From: Phycisphaerales bacterium
GTDB lineage: Bacteria > Planctomycetota > Phycisphaerae > WQYP01
DNA: 64,000 bases
Direction: 5' to 3'
Assembly (NCBI GenBank): GCA_027451365.1
Contig: DAIDJN010000034.1
Location: forward strand, 34,268 to 98,267
The translations under genes were made by a program, and so were the position numbers. Numbering within the stretch: position 1 is the stretch's first letter; every line of letters starts with the position of its first letter. Below, piece after piece: positions 32,649 through 43,072 of this stretch. The notes beneath the pieces are model-generated. The model was given only the letters and a program-made list of their open reading frames with translations. It was not told the DNA's origin and did not search any database.

Positions 32649-32952
32649 TTGAGGAATCCGCAGGCCCCGCCATATGCCGGTTAAAGTGAGAAATATGGGT
32701 TGTAGACCAGCCTGTCTGAAGAGCTGGTGCACGGCTCGCATTGCTTCGTCGGTAAGCCCAGGATCAGATTGCCCCGGCTTTGTCCATTGATAAGCCCCTG
32801 CACAAGCCCGAGTGGCGCATCAGACCGCCTATAATGTTTTCTGAAGGCCGGACTGTTCAATTCATAACCCGCTTGTGTGATTTGCCGCTGTTGGATACTG
32901 TATTGGACTGTATGAAAAATGGTTTTTCGCAAACAGATAAGGATCTTCGGGC

Positions 32953-34239
32953 ATGAGCCACCCCCACTTTAAGACAATTACCGTTCCCGCGCAGGGTCAA
33001 ACCATTACGATGGGTTCAGGAAAGCGGCTTCACGTGCCGGACCAGCCGATTATTCCATTTATTGAAGGGGATGGTACTGGTGCTGATATTTGGCGAGCCA
33101 GCGTGCGGGTGTTGGATGCCGCCGTGGCGAAAGCCTACCACGGCAAGCGCAAAATCGCCTGGATGGAAGTTTACGCCGGGGAAAAAGCGTTCAACAAATT
33201 CAAAACCGGTACACCGGAAGGCGACGCCAAAGCTTGGCTGCCAGACGACACGGTGGAGGCCTTCCGCCATTTTCTGGTGGGAATTAAAGGCCCGCTGACC
33301 ACGCCGGTTGGTGGCGGGATCCGTTCCTTAAATGTAGCGCTGCGCCAATTGCTGGATCTGTACATTTGCCTGCGGCCGGTGCGTTATTTCGCCGGCGTTC
33401 CAAGCCCGGTCAAACGCCCTGAAGCGGTCAACATGGTTATTTTCCGTGAAAATACGGAAGATATTTATGCAGGCGTAGAATGGCAGGCCGGGTCGCCGGA
33501 AGCCAAAAAGATTCTGGAATTTATTCAGAAGGAATTTCCCAAATCCTACGGCAAAATCCGTTTTCCGGAAACCTCCGGCGTCGGTATTAAGCCGGTCAGC
33601 AAGGAAGGATCTCAGAGGCTGATCAGCGCAGCAATTGACTACGCAATTCTGCACAAGCGCAAAAGTGTGAATCTGGTGCACAAGGGCAATATCATGAAAT
33701 TCACGGAAGGGGCCTTCCGTGACTGGGGTTATCAGATTGCCAAAGAAAAATATGGCGCGGTGGAAATAGATGGCGGCCCATGGTGCAAGCTGCCCAATGG
33801 GATTGTCATTAAAGATTCCATTGCCGATATAACCCTTCAACAGGTGCTTACGCGGCCGGAAGAATTTGATGTCATTGCCACCTTAAACCTCAACGGCGAC
33901 TACTTGAGTGACGCCTTGGCGGCGCAGGTTGGCGGCATAGGCATTGCACCCGGCGGGAATATCAATTCGGACTCCGGCCACGCCATTTTTGAGGCCACGC
34001 ACGGCACCGCACCCAAATACGCGAATCTGGATAAAGTAAATCCTGGCAGCGTGGTGCTTTCCGGTGTTATGATGCTGGAACATCTGGGCTGGCAGGAGGC
34101 GGCGGATTCGATTATCCGTTCGCTGGAACGAACCATTGCATCAAAAGTTGTCACCTACGATTTCGCCCGCCTGATGACCGGCGCAACCGAAGTTCGGTGC
34201 AGTGCGTTTGCCGACGCGGTAATCGGAAACCTGGCCTGA
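32953..34239 (+). CDS. icd: NADP-dependent isocitrate dehydrogenase (E. coli-type dimeric)
   Basis: [48 protein letters not shown]. Confidence 0.97.
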   Translation: MSHPHFKTITVPAQGQTITMGSGKRLHVPDQPIIPFIEGDGTGADIWRASVRVLDAAVAKAYHGKRKIAWMEVYAGEKAFNKFKTGTPEGDAKAWLPDDTVEAFRHFLVGIKGPLTTPVGGGIRSLNVALRQLLDLYICLRPVRYFAGVPSPVKRPEAVNMVIFRENTEDIYAGVEWQAGSPEAKKILEFIQKEFPKSYGKIRFPETSGVGIKPVSKEGSQRLISAAIDYAILHKRKSVNLVHKGNIMKFTEGAFRDWGYQIAKEKYGAVEIDGGPWCKLPNGIVIKDSIADITLQQVLTRPEEFDVIATLNLNGDYLSDALAAQVGGIGIAPGGNINSDSGHAIFEATHGTAPKYANLDKVNPGSVVLSGVMMLEHLGWQEAADSIIRSLERTIASKVVTYDFARLMTGATEVRCSAFADAVIGNLA

Positions 34240-34348
34240 AAGATCAGGAACCGCGATTCCACCCCCGGCACGACCTCCAAAGCCGAGCCGGGGAGTTCAT
34301 TTTGGATTTCTTATAGATTGAGGACTTTTCCTCTGGAGTATTAGAATC

Positions 34349-34768
34349 ATGGCTGACCAATTCAAAGATCGTTCAATTTTAGTCGTGGATGACGACGCCG
34401 ACGTGCTGACAACCATCACCGCGGCGCTTTCCACCACAGGCGCGAAGATTTTTTCCGCCGCTGACGGCAACACCGCAGTGGACATTGCGGAAAAAGAGCA
34501 GCCAGACCTGATAATTCTGGATATGATGCTGCCCAAACGGAGCGGCTTTCTGGTGCTGGAACGCATTAAGGCCCGTAAGCCCAAGGGAACCAAGCCACAC
34601 GTTATTATGATCACCGGGAACCTCGGGACGCGGCATAAAACCTACGCCGAATCGCTGGGGGTGGATGATTACCTGAACAAGCCGTTCCGTATGGATCGGC
34701 TACTGGCCTCCATGGAACGCCTGTTAAACCCGCCTCCGAAGGCTGAAGCCGCCGCTCCAACCGCCTGA
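34349..34768 (+). CDS. Single-domain response regulator
   Basis: ILVVDDD, DLIILDMMLP, YLNKPF. Confidence 0.92.
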   Translation: MADQFKDRSILVVDDDADVLTTITAALSTTGAKIFSAADGNTAVDIAEKEQPDLIILDMMLPKRSGFLVLERIKARKPKGTKPHVIMITGNLGTRHKTYAESLGVDDYLNKPFRMDRLLASMERLLNPPPKAEAAAPTA

Positions 34769-34846
34769 TTTGCCTGTCGCATTGCGAAGGAAGCGCGATC
34801 CAAAGGGACGCATGGCTCGTTTTCAAGCCGATTCGGGGGTTGGTTG

Positions 34847-35698
34847 ATGCCTGAATTGCCTGAAGTTGAGGAAGTTCGCCGCACGCTTGTTCCGGTTCTG
34901 GTCGGGGCCAGAATCGTGGATATTCAGATTTTGCGCCCCGACTACATTCGCGCCGGACTGAACTTGTTGCCACATATTCGCGGACACAAAGTTGTGGCGA
35001 TAGACCGGCACGGCAAATGGCTTTTCTGCCGACTGGATCATGAACAGACCCTGGTGCTGCACCTGGGCATGAGCGGGCGAATTTCCGCTGAACCCACCAG
35101 CGGCGGCGTGGAAAAGCACACGCATCTGATTTTTACGCTTGATTCACAACGACAGATACGCATCCGCGACCCGCGGCGGTTCGGCGGAGTCTGGCTGCAC
35201 GAAAGCATGGAGCAGGCCCGGGCAAAACACATACACAAGGGCGTTGGTGTAGATGCCCTGCTGCTGGAATCCAGCGATCTGCAACACTGGCGAAGGGCCG
35301 GCGGGCGGTTAAAAGCCACACTGCTGTCACAACGCGACGTGGCGGGGCTGGGCAATATTTATATTGATGAAGCGCTGTGGCTGGCCAGGCTTCACCCGCA
35401 GCAGCTTTTAAGCCGCCTTTCCGTCGAACAAATTGATCTGTTGGTCAAGTGCATTGGAACGGTACTGGCGGCTTCAATGCGGCTGGGTGGAACCACCTTG
35501 CGGGATTACCGCAACGTTTCCATGCAGGAGGGTCGCTTCGCAAAACGTCTGCAGGTGTATGGCCGAGGCGGCCTGCCGTGCACCCGCTGCCGCCAGGCTC
35601 TTAAATCCATTCAAGTCAGCGCCCGCACGACGGTGTACTGCCCGATGTGCCAGAAGCGGCAGATTGCACCGCGAATAAGGCCGGTTTCGAACAAATAA
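34847..35698 (+). CDS. mutM: Formamidopyrimidine-DNA glycosylase
   Basis: MPELPEVE, HLGMSG, DPRRFG, GLGNIY, C-terminal Zn finger. Confidence 0.96.
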   Translation: MPELPEVEEVRRTLVPVLVGARIVDIQILRPDYIRAGLNLLPHIRGHKVVAIDRHGKWLFCRLDHEQTLVLHLGMSGRISAEPTSGGVEKHTHLIFTLDSQRQIRIRDPRRFGGVWLHESMEQARAKHIHKGVGVDALLLESSDLQHWRRAGGRLKATLLSQRDVAGLGNIYIDEALWLARLHPQQLLSRLSVEQIDLLVKCIGTVLAASMRLGGTTLRDYRNVSMQEGRFAKRLQVYGRGGLPCTRCRQALKSIQVSARTTVYCPMCQKRQIAPRIRPVSNK

Positions 35699-35721
35699 TC
35701 TCGATCTATATTGATCACATA

Positions 35722-36486
35722 TTATGTGGCTTCCACCGCCCATGCATTCTGGCTTTCCATCAAATGGTCCACGACGCGCGGCAAGTCGGTAATTCTGCGA
35801 ATCACGTGATCCGGCTTGTACCGGAGCGCGGTTTTCTTCGCGGTGCCCGCCGGCTTCCAGACCGTGGTCATGCCGATCCGGCGGCCACCCTTGATGTCGG
35901 CGCGAATAAGGTCTCCCACGAAAACAGCCTGCCGCGGCGTAACGCCGAGTTCATGCAGCGCCGTGCGGAAAATATGCGGATGCGGTTTGCGGTAAATGGT
36001 GTTGCACGAATACACCCGCGTTGGAAAAAATTCCAGAAGATTTTCATCCGCCAAATGTCGATCCACACAAATTCCCGGAGCGCAGGTATTGGACACAATC
36101 GCCAGCTTTAAGCCGCGACTGCGCAGTTCCCGCAGCATGTCCAGCGTGCCTGGTTCCACCCGCGTCTGACGCAGCACCGGCCGATACCAGAGCCACGCCA
36201 GCGCCGCGCGGTCTCGTTCGTCAATGGGAACATCCAGCCGCGCCAGCACGCCTGCCACCATATCCATGGCGTCAAAATCACGGCGTCGAATCGTCGACCA
36301 GATAAACCGCCGCCGAAATGTGCGAAAATGAGCCGTGGCATAAAGCTGAAATGGCGGCAGAACGTACCCCTGTTCCCGCAGATATTGATAGGTATCCTTG
36401 GCGGCTGCGGGAAACAGCACTTTAGGCCGGATTTTTCCAAAACTTACCAGCGTGTCCGCAAAATCAAATAAAATTGCCTGGAGCAT
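35722..36486 (-). CDS. HAD-family hydrolase
   Basis: FDFADTL, SN, KPHP.IF, VGD...DI.G. Confidence 0.9.
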   Translation of the reverse strand: MLQAILFDFADTLVSFGKIRPKVLFPAAAKDTYQYLREQGYVLPPFQLYATAHFRTFRRRFIWSTIRRRDFDAMDMVAGVLARLDVPIDERDRAALAWLWYRPVLRQTRVEPGTLDMLRELRSRGLKLAIVSNTCAPGICVDRHLADENLLEFFPTRVYSCNTIYRKPHPHIFRTALHELGVTPRQAVFVGDLIRADIKGGRRIGMTTVWKPAGTAKKTALRYKPDHVIRRITDLPRVVDHLMESQNAWAVEAT

Positions 36487-36649
36487 GCGTAAAGTGAACT
36501 CCTGGTTTTTACGGCCGACAGACTGGAACCCGCAACTGCCCGGTGACGAATCCGACCCGACCATGCCGTTTGCCCGCCCGCAGGGCTTCGCCGTTTAACA
36601 TACTATAGCCGATAAACCGGCGCGCACCATATGCGGTGACATTTTCAGA

Positions 36650-39600
36650 CTACACGGGCGGCAAAAGCTGAATCTGACTTACCTGCGCCGCATTGGGATA
36701 CCGCGGACTTGCCGATGCGCGAATAACCAGCCGAAAATTATCCGTGCGCAATGGTTTAATGTGCGTCCTGTATTCCCGCCAGCCTTTATAATTCGTTTCT
36801 TCAAATACCACATGGTCGCGGCCATTCACCCGCATGATCCCCTGAAAACTGACCGGATGTCCCAGCGGATCCGCAAAGTTAATAATCACCTGACCAATCT
36901 TTTCCGGCCGCGGCAAATTTACCTGCACCCAGTGCGGATGCGGCGTGGCAATGGAAGAATGCCAGCGGTTCGCGGCAAAGTCCGCGGGGTTGGCGATAAT
37001 GCCGTCAATTACTTTTGATGTGCAACCCGGCTCGGCAGCCAATTCACTGTCCGACGTGGCGATGGCACCTCTGGACGCGAGCGCCAGATTATGCTTCTCC
37101 ACGGGAATCACCGGATAATTCGCCGGGGATTTAAGTTCGGGAAAACAAGTGAATCGTTCTGATTCAATCGGCCAGTACGGCCGGAATTCATGTCCTGGGG
37201 CACCCGATACGGTAAAATGGAGCGGTTTGCCGTTGACTGGCGTTAAGCGAGCAAGGATATCATCGGCAGACACCGGCAGTTGCCAGGGGTCCTGCTTGCC
37301 ATCCGGACAGACCGCGGCAAGCAAAATCGGTCCGAATTCGAAGCCGTAGCGCAAACCGCCCGGAAATTGATCCATGCCGGTATAAAGGGACAATCGGACA
37401 TCCATGGGCAGTGTAAAGGAAATCACGTCACCATTTGCCCACACGCGATTGAGCGGCAGATACGATCCGGGCCTGCCAGTCGCGATTTTCCTGCCGTTCA
37501 GATAAACCCTCATCTCCGCATCCGCCCATTGCGGCACGCGCACGCGAATGACCGCCGCCACGGGTGCCGTCACCTGGACCGTCATTTTCACCAGCGGGTG
37601 CACAGGGAACCGCGTTTCCATGGCCAGATGCATAGGGCGGCCGCGGGTTTCCCAGGAAATGGAGGATTGTGCGAACAAATTGATATATATACCATCTTCC
37701 GCGACAGAATAAATATATTCCGGCAGAGACCCGATCTGCCGCGTTCCCTGGCCTTCACAGCAGGTGTTGTTTTGTGCACCGTTTTCCTTTTGCCCATCAA
37801 GGCTGGCATGATACCGGATTCCGCTGTTGCCGGCCTGATTGGCCATCAGCACATTGTAAATGGATTTTTCAATTTCGCTGGCGTATTGCTCCCGATCGGG
37901 GAATAGTTGCAGCAGGCCGTGATTAAGGCTGACCCAGAAACTGCTGCCGCAGTTCTCGCCATTTTGCAGGTGTAAAAACGCGGACCGTGGCGGATAGGCA
38001 TAACCCTCACAGATGCTGATGGCCCCTCCAATATGCTGCCAGTTCCAGAGATACAGATCCCACGCACCCAGAACCGCGTCCAGATATTTGGCCGCGCCGG
38101 TGGCACGGTATAAATCCAGATAAGGAGTGATGGATGTCAGCAGGTAGCAATGCGGATGGTCATATGGATACAGCCAGACCGCCTCCGGGTCGCGCCGGGC
38201 CAGTCCTTCCAGCCAATAATTTTCCTGGAAGTAGCGCTGAATCACCTGCAGGTCCTTCGGCTTTCCGACGGGCGTAAAATAGGTGCGGGTATTGGCGATC
38301 ATGCCCTGCACCCCCTGGCTGGCGCGGCGCAACAATTCCGGCAGGTAATCACACTGGTCAAACCAGTCGTAAAATCTTCGCAGTACGCCAAACGCTTCTT
38401 TCTGGCCCGCCAACCCCGCATCCACCAGACCGTGCGTGACCCAGGAGCGGGTATAAGCGGCGCGTTCGCTGTAAAAAATGGAATCTTCGGGATAGGCCAT
38501 CGCGTAGCCGTCCGGTCGCTGGCATTCCGCAATTCCCGCTACCACCGCATGAAGCCGTTGCCGCAATTCCTTGTGTTCCATCCAACGCAGGGTATTGCCG
38601 GCCCCCATCATAAAACGTCCGGCATTGGAGCCGGGCAGATCGGTATCCCAAAATGGAACAGGTGGCGGCAGATTCGGCGGATTCGGCTTACCCGCCCGCT
38701 GGCGAAACGGCCGCAGCAGTTCGGCCACGCCAAAACGTCCCAGCAGATAGGCGATATTATTTTCCATCACGGTCTGAAACAAACCGCCTCGGATTGTCAC
38801 TCCGCTTCGCGGCGCAATAGCTTTGAATTTAACCGGCCTCCAGTCCGCGACGGGCGTGACATTTCCGACGTTGTCCGTAACCACGCCTTCCCCCTGCGGC
38901 CGCGGACGGCGTGTCAACGGCATCACAACACCCATTCGGCTCCAATTCGCAGTGTAGGGCGGCATGCAGGGATATATCTGCCGCAAGGCTTCATAATTCG
39001 CCTGGTCCGATGCGCCACCCTGGGCCAAGGGCTGGGGCGCAATGTATCCGCCGCCAGCGGCGTTGAATTCGAACAGGCCATCGGAATCGGTCACACGGCA
39101 GCCTTCCGCCACGTCCCGCCCACCCGACCAGATCTCTATTTTCGACATGCCGAATTGCCCGCTGTTAAGCTTGGTGGCCGTAAGGCGCACGAATCGGCCC
39201 GCGGTCTGCCGGCCCGACAGATTGACCACTTTGTTGCCCGGTTGTGGAAAGTCGCGCTGCATCTGATCGCAAATCATTTTTGGAGCGGTGAATTTGTCAT
39301 CCGCGGAAACCTCCAGGCGAAAGCGACTTGGAAAATACTCGGCCACCGGTCCATAGCCCAGCAGCGGCATAAGCTTGATCTGATCAATGGCGTGCGTCCG
39401 CCCCAGATCTATCTGCACCCATTTGCTGGTCTGGTTGGAAGCCACGCGCGACAGATACCCAAAGGGCGTAATCCGCGCGATGCGCTCGACTCCCATCGAT
39501 TCCCGCAATTGCACAACCCCGGAATAAACGCCGTCGGCTCTGGTTTCCGATGGGGAACACGCGATCACCGCCGCCGCGGCTGCGGACGCGGCCGTTAGAA

Positions 39601-39661
39601 ACCGACGCCGATCCAGCGCCAATGGATTGTCGGCGGAATTGTTCAGTTTATGAACCATCAT
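36650..39661 (-). CDS. Tat-exported GH127-like (beta-L-arabinofuranosidase family) glycosidase with discoidin-like domains
   Basis: DRRRFL Tat motif; ENC and TCCEG motifs; RVP.W..LNRVW..GD; WVQIDLG and WVQVNLP F5/8-type modules at both ends. Confidence 0.8.
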   Translation of the reverse strand: MMVHKLNNSADNPLALDRRRFLTAASAAAAAVIACSPSETRADGVYSGVVQLRESMGVERIARITPFGYLSRVASNQTSKWVQIDLGRTHAIDQIKLMPLLGYGPVAEYFPSRFRLEVSADDKFTAPKMICDQMQRDFPQPGNKVVNLSGRQTAGRFVRLTATKLNSGQFGMSKIEIWSGGRDVAEGCRVTDSDGLFEFNAAGGGYIAPQPLAQGGASDQANYEALRQIYPCMPPYTANWSRMGVVMPLTRRPRPQGEGVVTDNVGNVTPVADWRPVKFKAIAPRSGVTIRGGLFQTVMENNIAYLLGRFGVAELLRPFRQRAGKPNPPNLPPPVPFWDTDLPGSNAGRFMMGAGNTLRWMEHKELRQRLHAVVAGIAECQRPDGYAMAYPEDSIFYSERAAYTRSWVTHGLVDAGLAGQKEAFGVLRRFYDWFDQCDYLPELLRRASQGVQGMIANTRTYFTPVGKPKDLQVIQRYFQENYWLEGLARRDPEAVWLYPYDHPHCYLLTSITPYLDLYRATGAAKYLDAVLGAWDLYLWNWQHIGGAISICEGYAYPPRSAFLHLQNGENCGSSFWVSLNHGLLQLFPDREQYASEIEKSIYNVLMANQAGNSGIRYHASLDGQKENGAQNNTCCEGQGTRQIGSLPEYIYSVAEDGIYINLFAQSSISWETRGRPMHLAMETRFPVHPLVKMTVQVTAPVAAVIRVRVPQWADAEMRVYLNGRKIATGRPGSYLPLNRVWANGDVISFTLPMDVRLSLYTGMDQFPGGLRYGFEFGPILLAAVCPDGKQDPWQLPVSADDILARLTPVNGKPLHFTVSGAPGHEFRPYWPIESERFTCFPELKSPANYPVIPVEKHNLALASRGAIATSDSELAAEPGCTSKVIDGIIANPADFAANRWHSSIATPHPHWVQVNLPRPEKIGQVIINFADPLGHPVSFQGIMRVNGRDHVVFEETNYKGWREYRTHIKPLRTDNFRLVIRASASPRYPNAAQVSQIQLLPPV

Positions 39662-39914
39662 GACACCATCATAAGTGATCTGTGCCGGGCCAGACGGGAA
39701 TGTGCGCAGCGAGAATGCCTTCACATTTCCGGTACTTCATCGTACCGCCAACAAAGGGGCAATACTACAACGCCGGACGATCATATTTTTTGCCTCCTTC
39801 GGCACAAGTTCGCCGCCGCACGAACCACGGCCGCAGGACCCGCGGGATTGCCGCGCAACGCCAGCCGGTTATGATGTCCGCAGGAAATACTTGGCCCCTT
39901 TGGAGTCACAACGA

Positions 39915-41456
39915 ATGCGACCCGGTACCCAGGAATCTAATGGCGGTGGCACGCTGACAGATCAGCCGCACTATAAAGTGATTATTGGCATGGAAATTCA
40001 TGTCCAGTTGGCGACTGTCTCTAAAATGTTTACCGGTGCGGCCAACGGGTTTGGCGGTGCGCCGAATTCGCAGGTGGACCCGGTGATTCTCGGTCTGCCC
40101 GGCGTATTGCCCGTTATCAACCGGCGCGCGGTAGAAATGGCCATCATGGTTGGCCTGGCGCTGCAATGCGACATTGCCGCTCATACCAAATGGGACCGCA
40201 AAAGTTATTACTATCCGGACCTGCCAAAGAATTATCAGATAAGCCAATACGACCAGCCACTGTGCGGCGCCGGCGTACTTGAATTGCCGCTGCCGGATGG
40301 TCAGGTGAAAACAGTGCGTATCCGGCGGGCGCATCTGGAAGAAGATGCGGGCAAACTTCTGCATGAGGCTGGAGCAACGGAAAGTCTGGTGGACTTAAAC
40401 CGCGCCGGCACACCGCTTCTGGAAATTGTGACCGAACCGGATCTGGCCAGTCCTGAAGAAGCCCGACTGTTCGGCGAAGAACTGCGAAGGATTTGTCGGT
40501 ATCTGGGTGTTTCGGAAGGCATCATGCAGCAGGGGCACATGCGTTTTGAACCCAACATTAATTTGCACATATTTCCTGATGGCCCCAGCGGCGGGCGCGT
40601 CATCAAAACGCCGATTACTGAAGTCAAAAATCTTAACAGTTTCCGCGCTGTGGAGCGGGCCTGTGCGTATGAAATTCAGCGGCAACTTGCCGCCTGGATG
40701 GCCGACCCGGCCGCCAAAGCAACCGGGGGCAAATCAACCCGCGGCTGGGATGATGACAAAGGCCAGACTCTGCTGCAGCGCGAAAAAGAGGAAGCGCACG
40801 ATTACCGCTATTTTCCCGATCCGGACCTTGTGCCCCTGCATGTGAGCCAACAATGGGTCAATGAATTGCACAGCCGCCAGCCGGAACTTCCTATTGCACG
40901 CCGCCAGCGATATTTGACGCTTGGCCTGTCCGCCAAAGAGGCATTTTCACTGACCGAAGAAAAGCCGGTTGCGGAACTATTTGATCAGGCGCTGAGCCTG
41001 GACGCCCCGGCGCGCCGACTGACCAATCTGCTGCTCGGATCGGCCGCGAAACTTGCCAATGAACGCGCCACCTCCGAAGCCCGCACCGTACTCATATCCG
41101 ACCTTCCGGTTTCCGCAGCACAATATTCATCACTGGCCCGCCTGGCTGAAACCGGCGTGGTCAGTGCCACCGCTGCGGCCAGTGTGTTTGAACATCTGGT
41201 GACCCATCCGCAGGCAGATCCGATGGCGGTAGCCACCGAACTTGGACTGCTTCAGGTACGCGACAGCGGCCAGAACCAAACGTGGGTTCGTCAGGCAATT
41301 GAGGCAAATCCGCAGGCGGTTTCCGATTACAAAACCAATCCCAAGAAAAAGCAGGCGTCGCTGGGCTTTTTGCGCGGCGCGGTCATGAAGGCCAGTGGCG
41401 GCAAGGCCGACCCGAAAATGGTCGGCGAATTACTTGAGCAAATTCTTAATGCCTGA
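39915..41456 (+). CDS. gatB: Asp/Glu-tRNA amidotransferase subunit B
   Basis: IGMEIHVQL, YPDLPKNYQISQ, HLEEDAGK, DYRYFPDPDL; start inferred from GGAG. Confidence 0.96.
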   Translation: MRPGTQESNGGGTLTDQPHYKVIIGMEIHVQLATVSKMFTGAANGFGGAPNSQVDPVILGLPGVLPVINRRAVEMAIMVGLALQCDIAAHTKWDRKSYYYPDLPKNYQISQYDQPLCGAGVLELPLPDGQVKTVRIRRAHLEEDAGKLLHEAGATESLVDLNRAGTPLLEIVTEPDLASPEEARLFGEELRRICRYLGVSEGIMQQGHMRFEPNINLHIFPDGPSGGRVIKTPITEVKNLNSFRAVERACAYEIQRQLAAWMADPAAKATGGKSTRGWDDDKGQTLLQREKEEAHDYRYFPDPDLVPLHVSQQWVNELHSRQPELPIARRQRYLTLGLSAKEAFSLTEEKPVAELFDQALSLDAPARRLTNLLLGSAAKLANERATSEARTVLISDLPVSAAQYSSLARLAETGVVSATAAASVFEHLVTHPQADPMAVATELGLLQVRDSGQNQTWVRQAIEANPQAVSDYKTNPKKKQASLGFLRGAVMKASGGKADPKMVGELLEQILNA

Positions 41457-41515
41457 ACGCGGTTAGACGCGCGGACGAGGCAAAAAGTGTTTCCCCTGTT
41501 TATGGAATTCAGTAG

Positions 41516-42829
41516 ATGCCTCAGCTATCGCACCGCATAAGTTCCGCCTTCGGGATTTCCCACGGTATTTCACCCTGGCGACTTTTGGCGGCTACCGCGC
41601 TGTTTCTGGCAATTCTGACCAGTGGCCCCAAGCCGGTGGCGGCCGTCGAACTGAAAACTTTCAGCCCACCAGGTTATTATGTTTTCCATACCGATGAAAG
41701 CCGCGCGATACTGCAGCAAATATGGCTGCGCATGAACTTTGTCGCGGCCGCTTATCAGCGGCGGCTGCACTCGATTTTCGGCGGCTACGTGACGCAGAAA
41801 CTCCCATTTTACATCTACCGCCGTGGCAGCGATTATTACCGGGCCGGCGGCGTGCCCGGCAGTGCGGGTGTTTTCATGGTCGATGGCCAGGGGCAGCGGC
41901 TGATGGCCATCGGCGGCACGCACATTGACCATCAGATGTGGCATATTATTCAGCATGAAGGCTTCCACCAGTTCACATTCGCATTCCTGCACCGGTTTCT
42001 GCCGCCTTGGGCCAACGAAGGCGTGGCGGAATATTTTGGCGAAGGCCTGTTTACCGGAAATAGTTTTGTGACCGGCTGGATTCCGCCTTGGCGTTTGGCG
42101 CGGTTAAAGGCGGAAATTCGTGGGCATAAGCTGCTGTCCATTCACGCCATGCGCACCATGAGCTACCGCCATTGGAATGATGTGCTGATGGGTGTGAATT
42201 ATGACCAGGCCTGGTCGATGATTTATTTTCTAGCCTGGGCCGATCACCATCGGTTTGCAAAACCATTTACCACTTATCTTAAGCTTTTTCACAATGGCGT
42301 TCCCGCGGAACAGGCTTGGGAACGCGTTTTCGGAAAAAATGACGCGGCATTTGAAAAACTTTGGCGAAAATACTGGCTTAGCCTGCCGCGTAATCCGACG
42401 GCCATTCTATACGCGAAGGTGCAAACGCAGACACTGGAAAATTTTTTAGCACGCGCCGCATTACGAAAGCAAAAATTTACCACCGCGAAACAATTCTTCG
42501 ATTGCATTCATGCAGACGAACTCAAAGGCTTTGCGATTCCAAGCCCGCTATGGCTGCCTCCGAGCCTGGAAAAGGCGGCGGCCCGCAGGGCTCCCCAAAT
42601 CGGGCTGTGGAAATTGGTCGGCAAATTGCCTGAGTTAATCTGCTCTATGCCTGACGGCACGGAAATTATCGGCCACTGCCGGTTTGGTCACGCACGCATT
42701 CGCAAAGTGTGGGTAACGGTTACGAAAGGCCACATTCGAAAACGATCATCAATTCCGGCCGGCGAGGCGTTAGCCCATGAGGAAAAAATGGCCGCCATGG
42801 ACCCGAACCTAGATACGGTCGCCGAATGA
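41516..42829 (+). CDS. Secreted DUF1570 / peptidase MA-like zinc metalloprotein
   Basis: HEGFHQ (HExxH), PPWANEGVAEYF, Y.QAW; signal-like N-terminus. Confidence 0.75.
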   Translation: MPQLSHRISSAFGISHGISPWRLLAATALFLAILTSGPKPVAAVELKTFSPPGYYVFHTDESRAILQQIWLRMNFVAAAYQRRLHSIFGGYVTQKLPFYIYRRGSDYYRAGGVPGSAGVFMVDGQGQRLMAIGGTHIDHQMWHIIQHEGFHQFTFAFLHRFLPPWANEGVAEYFGEGLFTGNSFVTGWIPPWRLARLKAEIRGHKLLSIHAMRTMSYRHWNDVLMGVNYDQAWSMIYFLAWADHHRFAKPFTTYLKLFHNGVPAEQAWERVFGKNDAAFEKLWRKYWLSLPRNPTAILYAKVQTQTLENFLARAALRKQKFTTAKQFFDCIHADELKGFAIPSPLWLPPSLEKAAARRAPQIGLWKLVGKLPELICSMPDGTEIIGHCRFGHARIRKVWVTVTKGHIRKRSSIPAGEALAHEEKMAAMDPNLDTVAE

Positions 42830-43072
42830 TGCGGCAATGTCGGCCGTTCCGGTTACAATGCGGCCAGACACTTGAAATGCCGCAGCATTGGGCGGCACGG
42901 GTGCCCGAAATCATTGCAAGTGAATTTGCACTGGAAAATGTATCGCGTGAAAGCCGATAATAAACGGGGGACTGAGGGCCTGCCAGGTTCTTTTCCCGCC
43001 GCATTGTCACGGACCTCCGGAGCCGACAAGCGTGAATACTGACCATGGCGTATTGCTGGAGAAAAACGAACA

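Noticed and set aside
38150..39598. 482-aa plus-strand ORF
   Set aside because: Antisense shadow of the GH127-like gene; no motifs; expected in GC-rich coding DNA.
661..41456. gatA and gatB separated, gatC absent, as evidence that a 38-kb insertion split gatCAB
   Set aside because: The intervening region holds core genes (lysC, icd, mutM), and dispersed gat genes are not unusual.
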